This document shows, in pieces, positions 57,285 to 64,000 of a stretch of DNA of 64,000 nt. Origin of the DNA: Candidatus Woesearchaeota archaeon (lineage in GTDB: Archaea > Nanobdellota > Nanobdellia > Woesearchaeales > GW2011-AR4). The translations under genes and the position numbers were made by a program. The notes under the pieces were generated by a model. The model made no database searches, had not been told where the DNA came from, and saw nothing but the letters and a program-made list of their open reading frames with translations. Location: NCBI GenBank assembly GCA_016188245.1, contig JACPIE010000013.1, forward strand, positions 21,058 through 85,057, written 5' to 3'. Position 1 is the first letter of the stretch, and every line of letters starts with the position of its first letter.

Positions 57285-57628
57285 ACCGAAGAAAATTTTT
57301 AGAGTTAGCTACAATTGCCTTGCTTAGCCCCGTAGCAGGACATGCACAAGACATAAGCTGGAAGATACAGGAAGACTTGATTCAGTTGCTTAATGGCGGG
57401 AATTATCCGAGATATCCTGACACAGATTTAGCAGATATACATATAATATACAAAACAAAATTTTCAGCTATGGATTGGGCCATTCTTTCTGACATGGGAG
57501 CCAAAAGAGAGATGCGCGACCAAAAAACAATAAGAGCCGGAATGACAAGAGAACAAATAATGGAATATGCAAAAAGGCCAAATGTTGAAAAAATACTTCC
57601 AAATCATTATGGAGAAGGAATCAAATGA
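57281..57628 (+). CDS. Hypothetical protein with Tat-like signal
   Basis: MNRRKFLE...AHA; overlaps gatA and gatB by 4 nt each. Confidence 0.65.
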   Translation: MNRRKFLELATIALLSPVAGHAQDISWKIQEDLIQLLNGGNYPRYPDTDLADIHIIYKTKFSAMDWAILSDMGAKREMRDQKTIRAGMTREQIMEYAKRPNVEKILPNHYGEGIK

Positions 57629-59034
57629 AACACTTCACAACAGACATCATCATTGGACTTGAAGTGCACGTAGAACTCTCAACAAAGACAAAGCTCTTTT
57701 GCAGCTGCCAAAAAGCAAAAAAGGATGACATTCCAAACTCAAAATGCTGCCCGATATGCCTAGGAATGCCGGGCTCAAAGCCTGTGCTGAACAAAAAAGC
57801 AGTTGAGTTTGCACTGAAGCTTTGCCTCGCATTGGATTGCGGGATATCGCCTGAGTTAATCTTCTCAAGAAAATCATATTTTTATCCTGACATGTCAAAA
57901 AATTATCAAATCTCGCAATATGAAGTTCCTCTTGGAAAACGCGGAAAACTAATGTTAAAAGGAGGCAAGGAAATTGGGATTGCCAGAGTTCACATTGAAG
58001 AAGATCCTGCTTCCCTAATCCATCCGGCAGGCCTGAAAGAATCCACTTATGTTTTGGTTGACTACAACAGAAGCGGCAATCCGCTTGTTGAGATTGTCAC
58101 AGAGCCGGAATTAGGAAGCCCTGAAGAAGCAAGGGACTTCATGAAGCAATTGATAACTGTGCTAAACTATCTTGATGTTTTTGACATTAATGAGGGGATA
58201 ATAAAGGCAGATGCAAATGTGTCAGTGAAGGAAAGTGGTTACAAAAGGGTCGAAATAAAAAATATTACCGGGTTTAAAGAAATAGAAATGGCTTTGCTTT
58301 ACGAGGTAAAAAGGCAGAAAGAAGAAGCCCATAAAGTGGAGCAGGAAACAAGAGGATGGAGTTCTGAAAAAGGAGTTACATTTTCATTAAGAAAAAAAGA
58401 GACTGAAGAGGACTATGGGTATATAATTGACACTGACTTGACTGCAATTGAAATAACTGATAAGTGGATTAAAGAGATAAAAAAAATAATGCCTGAGCTT
58501 GCCCGGGACAAGGTAAAAAAATTCATTGAAAAGCACAAGCTAAAAAAAGAAGATGCGGAGATAATCGCTGCTGAAAAAGGATTGGCAGAAATGTTCGAGA
58601 AAGTTGCAGAAGAAATTAATCCCATACTGGCGGCAAAATGGCTGAGAAGGGAGCTAGTAAGAGTTCTTAATTACAGCAAAAAAGAGCTGCATGAAGTGGA
58701 AATAGATGAAAAACATATGATTGGCTTGCTAAAATTGGTTGAAAACAAGAAAATAACCGATAACGTTGCGTCAAAAATCCTGGAAAAGCTGGTTGAAAAG
58801 CCGTTTGATGTAAAAGAATATGTAAAAAAAGAAGGCTTGGAAGCTGTCTCTGATGTTTCGGAGCTGGAAAGGTACTGCAAGGAAGCAATTGAGGAAAGCC
58901 CGAAAGCTGTTGAAGACTACAAAAAAGGAGAGGCAAAAGCATTGAATTTTATAGTCGGAAGCGTCATGAAAAAGACAAAGGGAAAAGCGACTCCAAAAGA
59001 GGTCAATGAGATAATTTTAAGGTTTATCAGGTGA
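57625..59034 (+). CDS. gatB: Asp/Glu-tRNA amidotransferase subunit B
   Basis: IGLEVHVEL, RKSYFYPD, DYNRSGNPLVEIVTEP, DANVS, RKKE..EDY. Confidence 0.96.
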   Translation: MKHFTTDIIIGLEVHVELSTKTKLFCSCQKAKKDDIPNSKCCPICLGMPGSKPVLNKKAVEFALKLCLALDCGISPELIFSRKSYFYPDMSKNYQISQYEVPLGKRGKLMLKGGKEIGIARVHIEEDPASLIHPAGLKESTYVLVDYNRSGNPLVEIVTEPELGSPEEARDFMKQLITVLNYLDVFDINEGIIKADANVSVKESGYKRVEIKNITGFKEIEMALLYEVKRQKEEAHKVEQETRGWSSEKGVTFSLRKKETEEDYGYIIDTDLTAIEITDKWIKEIKKIMPELARDKVKKFIEKHKLKKEDAEIIAAEKGLAEMFEKVAEEINPILAAKWLRRELVRVLNYSKKELHEVEIDEKHMIGLLKLVENKKITDNVASKILEKLVEKPFDVKEYVKKEGLEAVSDVSELERYCKEAIEESPKAVEDYKKGEAKALNFIVGSVMKKTKGKATPKEVNEIILRFIR

Positions 59035-59079
59035 TTTTTAGCAAAAAGCTTTTATACCTACTTTTAAAAAATAAGTTTT

Positions 59080-60441
59080 ATGTCAAAAAAAAGATTGTTG
59101 TTTCTTTTATTAGTTCTTTCTATGGTTATCATCAGCTGCGTTCCTAAAAATGATGTTAATGTTGAGGAGTACAATGATGATGCAAACAGCGAAATTGCAA
59201 TTGAGCCGCCAGCAACTAAAAAGCAAGGATTAGAAGATCTATGTTCTGGAGAAGACGACTGCAGGGATTTTTGCTCCAAGAATAGGGGCAGATGCGAGGA
59301 TTATTGCCGCGGCAAAAAAATAGAAATCTGCAGGGTTATCTTTCCTCCTGGCGAAGATAGCCATGGAGATTACAATGCTGTAACAGGCTGCAAAGGAAAA
59401 GGGATTATAACATTTACATCGCCCCCTATGCGAATAGGGGATATTGAGCTGATTGAGCCGATTGGCTTGATGATTGGCGGCCATGTCACGCCTATTGACC
59501 ACGGGTATTATTACGCAAAAGGATGGCTTTCTCCGGGTAACAGGGAAGACGCAACAAAATTCCGTGACATTATGGCACCGGCATCAGGAATTGTAACCAG
59601 TGTCCAGAGTATGCCGCAAGAATATTCCTCCAGCAGTATTGGTGATTATCGGCTCATCATTCACCACACTTGCTCATTTTATACCATTTATATTCATATC
59701 AACCAATTATCAGAAAAATTACTTGCCATTGCCGATACACAAAACATTGTCGCAGTCGAAGCAGGAGAAGTCATAGGAAAAGCGCCGGGGTTTGATTTTT
59801 CGGTGCATAATGATGATATCACCCTTTCCGGATTCATTATTCCTGAGACATATGCTGCTGAGCCATGGAAACTTCACAACGTCGATATGTTTGATTATTT
59901 TGCTGAGCCCACACGAGCACAGCTCTTGGAGAAAAACATTCGCCAAAAAGAGCCCCGAGGCGGAAAAATTGATTATGATATTGATGGTAAGTTAGTGGGC
60001 AATTGGTTTGAAGAAAACACCAACGGTTATTTTGGTAAGGAAGAGTACCAGCGCATGTCCGGCTATTGGAGTACGCACCTCTCCTTTGCATATGACGGCT
60101 TGGACCCTTCCTTGGTGATTGTTTCAGTTGGGGATTACAACGGCGAAGCACAGCAATTTGCAGTCAAAGGGAATGCTCCTGATCCTGCTGAAGTGGGCAT
60201 TCAAAATGGATTGGTAAAATATGAGCTGGTCTTGTTTGGCTACAAGACTGAAGAGGGAAACGAGTGGAACAGGCGGAATTTTGCGAGAATTTCCAAGGCA
60301 TACGGCTATGACGGGCAGGTTGCTGGTGTTGTGCTTGCCCAGATGCTTGAAGGCAGAAAAATTAAATTTGAGGCATTTCCTGGCAAAAAGGCTGCAGAGG
60401 TTTCCGGATTTACAGACAAAGCAAGAATTTATGAAAGGTAA
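59080..60441 (+). CDS. Lipoprotein with Cys-rich module and M23-like fold
   Basis: IISC lipobox; CSGEDDC...C; HVTPIDH, APASG.V, YIHI. Confidence 0.7.
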   Translation: MSKKRLLFLLLVLSMVIISCVPKNDVNVEEYNDDANSEIAIEPPATKKQGLEDLCSGEDDCRDFCSKNRGRCEDYCRGKKIEICRVIFPPGEDSHGDYNAVTGCKGKGIITFTSPPMRIGDIELIEPIGLMIGGHVTPIDHGYYYAKGWLSPGNREDATKFRDIMAPASGIVTSVQSMPQEYSSSSIGDYRLIIHHTCSFYTIYIHINQLSEKLLAIADTQNIVAVEAGEVIGKAPGFDFSVHNDDITLSGFIIPETYAAEPWKLHNVDMFDYFAEPTRAQLLEKNIRQKEPRGGKIDYDIDGKLVGNWFEENTNGYFGKEEYQRMSGYWSTHLSFAYDGLDPSLVIVSVGDYNGEAQQFAVKGNAPDPAEVGIQNGLVKYELVLFGYKTEEGNEWNRRNFARISKAYGYDGQVAGVVLAQMLEGRKIKFEAFPGKKAAEVSGFTDKARIYER

Positions 60442-60450
60442 ATTAGAAAT

Positions 60451-61665
60451 TTACAGCTCAGTCTCCAAGACTCTTTCAGCTTCTTCCTTCACCCTTCTCT
60501 CGAAATCAGGAACTGTTTCTCCCTCTTGCTTTTCCGTGCTTAAAATATTCATCAGGTTTTTTATTAATTCCTCTTCTCTCTCCAATGTTAAATTTTCCAG
60601 CTTGACCTGGCCAAGATGCTCCTTTATCAAGAAAGATTCTATATCCTCAACATTCTTTGCGTCTGTCTTTATCTCCTCAAACTCTTTTGATGCCAATGCG
60701 TGCGAGCTTTTCATCACAAAATAGGCTGATTTGCCGTACAGCTCGCTAAAAATTTCCTTGAAGTCTATGTCGCTTGGCTTGCCGTCTATGGTGCCATGCA
60801 GCCTGATCAGCACAATCGTGTTGTTCAGCTCCTTGTTTTTAAAATAAGCTGAAATTTCATCCTTGATTTCATCTGGAGCTTTGTGGTCGCATTTCAGCTG
60901 GAATCTCTCAACATTGTAAATCTGGATTGGTTCCCATCTTGCGGTTCCGTCTTCAACAATGAAAAATCCCCCTCTTCCGAGCTTTTCAAGCTCGGCAAAG
61001 CTGTTAGGAAACAAAGGGCCGGGATATGCTATTCTTCCGTAGCCTTCAATTTCCTTGTCATCGACTATATGGACGTGCCCGCCTGCATAATAGTCAAAAC
61101 CCTTCGGCAGCAGCGACAGCGGCTGGGATATTATGTTTTCCATCTCCTTCGGCTTCAGCTCGTCTATGCCGGAATGGAACAGGAATATTTTGTAGCCTTT
61201 TTCATTTTCCAAGTTATCCAGAACAAGCTTTTCATAATATGTTTTTTCCAGCGAGCCTCTTTTGCCAAGGATTCCGGCTATTTTAGCTCCTGTCTTTTTG
61301 TCTATCGTAAAAGTTAATTTTAATTTGCCGTTTTCAGCAGTTCCCTTGAATACGTTTACAAACAGCCCTGCTTCCTCCAAAACGTCAAGGATTGTCTTTC
61401 CGCTCGGGCTGTAGTCATGGCTCCCCGGCACGATATAGGCCGGAATTTCTAGGTCTTTCAGGTGCTTTAGCTTTGCAGCGACTGTCTTTAGGTTATCCAG
61501 CCTTGGAAATGACGTGTTGAACAGATCCCCTGCAATAAGAATGAAGTCCACTTTTTCTTTTATGCATTTGTCAATTGCCTTGCAGAAAGCCAGCGTGCTT
61601 GTGTCTTTCAGCTTTGGGTCCCTCCATGAGCCTATGTGGCAGTCTGCCATGTGTGCGAATTTCAT
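60451..61665 (-). CDS. mre11: DNA repair nuclease Mre11
   Basis: ADCHIG, AGDLFN, PGSHD, FH, GGHVH, YPG. Confidence 0.9.
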   Translation of the reverse strand: MKFAHMADCHIGSWRDPKLKDTSTLAFCKAIDKCIKEKVDFILIAGDLFNTSFPRLDNLKTVAAKLKHLKDLEIPAYIVPGSHDYSPSGKTILDVLEEAGLFVNVFKGTAENGKLKLTFTIDKKTGAKIAGILGKRGSLEKTYYEKLVLDNLENEKGYKIFLFHSGIDELKPKEMENIISQPLSLLPKGFDYYAGGHVHIVDDKEIEGYGRIAYPGPLFPNSFAELEKLGRGGFFIVEDGTARWEPIQIYNVERFQLKCDHKAPDEIKDEISAYFKNKELNNTIVLIRLHGTIDGKPSDIDFKEIFSELYGKSAYFVMKSSHALASKEFEEIKTDAKNVEDIESFLIKEHLGQVKLENLTLEREEELIKNLMNILSTEKQEGETVPDFERRVKEEAERVLETEL

Positions 61666-61780
61666 CGGGAAAGGTAATGAATTGCATTATTTAAAACTAT
61701 TCAGCAAAAGTTTTTCAAAACCGCAAACTATTTAAGCGAAATGTTTATCCACGTCATAAAACATTACAAAAGGTGATTAA

Positions 61781-62023
61781 ATGGCAGAAGTAGTATGTAA
61801 ATGCGGAGTTAAGAGGCAGTCCGGCTATCTTTATTTTGTGGATAAGCACGGAAACTGCGCCAGGGTAAACATGAAAAGGCCCGGGAAAGCATACAGGAAG
61901 AAGGTTGAAGTGCTGCACAAGTGCGGCATCAAGAGAAAAGCAGGCTACCTTTATTTCGTGGACAAGAAAGGAAATGTAGCAATGGCAAAGATGAACCGGG
62001 GCGGCAGGAAAAAGAAAAGATAA
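61781..62023 (+). CDS. Small basic protein made of two tandem repeats
   Basis: KCGVKRQSGYLYFVDKHGN / KCGIKRKAGYLYFVDKKGN; AGGTGA ribosome site. Confidence 0.85.
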   Translation: MAEVVCKCGVKRQSGYLYFVDKHGNCARVNMKRPGKAYRKKVEVLHKCGIKRKAGYLYFVDKKGNVAMAKMNRGGRKKKR

Positions 62024-62101
62024 TTTATTTCTTTTTTTTATTTTTTTAATATAATTCTTATTTTCAGAAAAAATATCTGGAAACTGCATTTCTCCTTTGC
62101 A

Positions 62102-62244
62102 TCACCTAGATTGTTTTATGCAAAAGAATGCCGTACTTCATTCGGGCATTCGTTAGGTGACTAAAGACTTCCCAACTTGTTTTTGTTGCTAAAAAGCTCT
62201 TGAAGCTTCTAGCCGGTGTTGAGGATATGGAGTGCAGTTCCCAT
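62102..62244. ncRNA. Multi-stem structured RNA candidate
   Basis: Nested stems TCACCTA/TAGGTGA, GAATGCC/GGCATTC, CCCAAC/GTTGAG, GCTA..AGCT/AGCT..TAGC. Confidence 0.45.
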
Positions 62245-62246
62245 AA

Positions 62247-62456
62247 TCATGCTTGAATTCTTGCCTCTTCAATTTCAGGCTCTGTGAATTCTTCCCTGAA
62301 GTATTCCGCTTCCTTTAGCCTCTTTAGCCTTGGAAAATACCCAACATATTTATTAAGCTTTTCTTGCGATTCTTTATGCTTGTATTTTGGAGGAATGTAG
62401 ACTGCATTAAGCAGGCTTTTTTTCTTCTCCAAATAGAATGCTTTCAGGCTTTTCAC
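62247..62456 (-). CDS. Small hypothetical protein
   Basis: GGGGTGG ribosome site, GTG start, upstream TATA. Confidence 0.55.
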   Translation of the reverse strand: MKSLKAFYLEKKKSLLNAVYIPPKYKHKESQEKLNKYVGYFPRLKRLKEAEYFREEFTEPEIEEARIQA

Positions 62457-62534
62457 TTTGCCACCCCTTAAATTATATATGGCAAAATAAGTATATATAA
62501 CTTTGGTATTATGTGTATATAGAGGTATATAGGA

Positions 62535-64000
62535 TCATCCCAGCTCGCTGAACTCATGCGCAAATTCTTCCTTATTGCCCAAAGTATCCTTGACAATGTC
62601 GTCAAAATAAGGGATGCTGATTGGGGTTACAAATTTTGCAAAGTTGCTTGTTATGAGAGCTTCTCCCACGTCAAGGCTTGCTATTGTCCGATCATCGTCG
62701 CTTAAGTCTTGTGAGGCGCTCTCAATAATTGCTTGCCTTTCAGGCTTCATCTCTATTCCAAGGATTATTTTAGTGTTCATGTTTGCCAATATCTCCCTTG
62801 GTATAAGGGAAGGCAGCTGGGTGATTGCGCAAAGTCCAACTTTGAATTTCCTTCCTTCCCTTGCTATGGTCGAGAATATGTTCGGGCCTGCTTCAAGGAC
62901 TTCCTTTCCAAGCACTCTTGGGGCTTCCTCCAGCACAATTGAAATAACTGGCTTGTTATTTAAAGCTCCGCTCATCTTGTAATTCCTGTATTTGTTGAAA
63001 ACTTCATTTGCTATCAGGCTGCCTATCAGCAGCTCGACTGCCCCGCTGAAATTTGACGTGTCTATGACTGCGATTCTTCCTTCTTCCAGATGCCTGCATA
63101 TGTCATTAACAGTAGCAAAGCCTGAATTCAGCTGGAAAATCCCATTGCAGAATAGCTGGCTGTTGCTGAATTCCAGGTCAAGAACATAAAGCAGCCTTCT
63201 TTTCACCACAGACATTGTGTCGTCTTTAAACACCCTTCCGATGCTCAGATCTTTTTCCAGTATTATGGCTTCAATCCATTTGTCGCCGAATTCCTTGTGA
63301 TAAAGATTCAAGCATTGCCTTTGGGCATCGCTGAAATTGACTGAGCCTTCAAAATGCAGCGGCTTTATGGCATCGAGGCTTATTCTCAATGTGTTTGTTC
63401 CGATGGGGGCATTTTTGGCAGTGTAGTAAACAATGTTCTCTTTGTTAGGATGGTCTTTCAGCCCAGTCCTGTTTCTTCCGTAATATTCGTCATGAGGATC
63501 AAGCACCAAAATTCCAAAATTTCTGCCGACAGAGTTCCATAGCAGGTTGGAGACAAGCACGCTTTTTCCTCTGCCTGTTGTTCCAGCAATTAAAATATGG
63601 TGTGAAAAAACTTTTTCACCGTCGAGAAAAATAGGCACATCAAGCACCTTTGAGCCGCTTCTTAGATTGCCGATTAATACCGGATTTTTCGGCTTGGCCA
63701 GAAACGACAGATCAGTTTCATTGATTTCCCTCACTTCAGAAAAAACATTTGGCAGCGACTTGCTAACAAAAGCGCTTTTGTTTTTTATTGTGGCGAGGCT
63801 TTTCATCATTGCAAGCGTGTAATTTCTAAGATTTGCGTCAAAAAGCTCAAAGTCAGTTCCTTCCTCAAGCTTCATGCCGGAAATCATCTCAAGGTTCTGC
63901 TGGGATATCTGGCTCCCGTACAATAAATCATAGACCTGCATCAGGATTTTTCCATCAGCGGAATCGGCAATCAGAAGCTCTCCAATCTCTACCTCATTTC
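62535..64000 (-). CDS. herA: HerA helicase/translocase (5' end beyond window)
   Basis: [40 protein letters not shown]; frame open to the window edge. Confidence 0.9.
   Translation of the reverse strand, partial: NEVEIGELLIADSADGKILMQVYDLLYGSQISQQNLEMISGMKLEEGTDFELFDANLRNYTLAMMKSLATIKNKSAFVSKSLPNVFSEVREINETDLSFLAKPKNPVLIGNLRSGSKVLDVPIFLDGEKVFSHHILIAGTTGRGKSVLVSNLLWNSVGRNFGILVLDPHDEYYGRNRTGLKDHPNKENIVYYTAKNAPIGTNTLRISLDAIKPLHFEGSVNFSDAQRQCLNLYHKEFGDKWIEAIILEKDLSIGRVFKDDTMSVVKRRLLYVLDLEFSNSQLFCNGIFQLNSGFATVNDICRHLEEGRIAVIDTSNFSGAVELLIGSLIANEVFNKYRNYKMSGALNNKPVISIVLEEAPRVLGKEVLEAGPNIFSTIAREGRKFKVGLCAITQLPSLIPREILANMNTKIILGIEMKPERQAIIESASQDLSDDDRTIASLDVGEALITSNFAKFVTPISIPYFDDIVKDTLGNKEEFAHEFSELG

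Noticed and set aside
60451..64000. HerA/Mre11 as an anti-phage defence system
   Set aside because: Both look like the housekeeping archaeal HerA-NurA-Mre11-Rad50 repair components. No Sir2 or DUF4297-type partner is visible, and nurA/rad50 may lie outside the window.

Overview
This is an archaeal chromosomal window, most consistent with a DPANN (Woesearchaeota-like) genome. The evidence is BRE/TATA promoters, GAGGTG-type ribosome sites, archease/RtcB, HerA/Mre11, translin and an archaeal tRNA-Phe, mixed with bacterial-type genes (thyA, folA, folE/B/K/P, purN/H, bacterial-type aspS). The main contents are a de novo folate pathway with a CADD-type pABA synthase, redox and iron genes, metG, aspS fused to a YbaK-like editing domain, gatCAB, a type IV pilus-like ATPase/platform locus and two free-standing homing-type endonucleases. 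The top observation is that rtcB, the tRNA-splicing ligase gene, is interrupted inside its active-site motif (MPDGH|WGYGFPIGG) by a 33-nt stop-containing hairpin (35217-35249). The hairpin boundaries fall exactly on the cut positions of a relaxed bulge-helix-bulge, making it a putative mRNA intron that would need the tRNA-splicing machinery, including RtcB itself, for removal. About 2.4 kb away lies a tRNA-Phe(GAA) with three introns, one in the acceptor stem with the same relaxed geometry. I also saw a shared ACTGGACAT-N-TATA promoter motif before rtcB and both endonucleases, an identical 14-bp palindrome before two iron-related genes, a six-copy repeat array beside an unannotated 54-aa putative DNA-binding gene, and several structured intergenic RNA candidates. 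All calls come from reading the sequence; no searches or folding programs were run.
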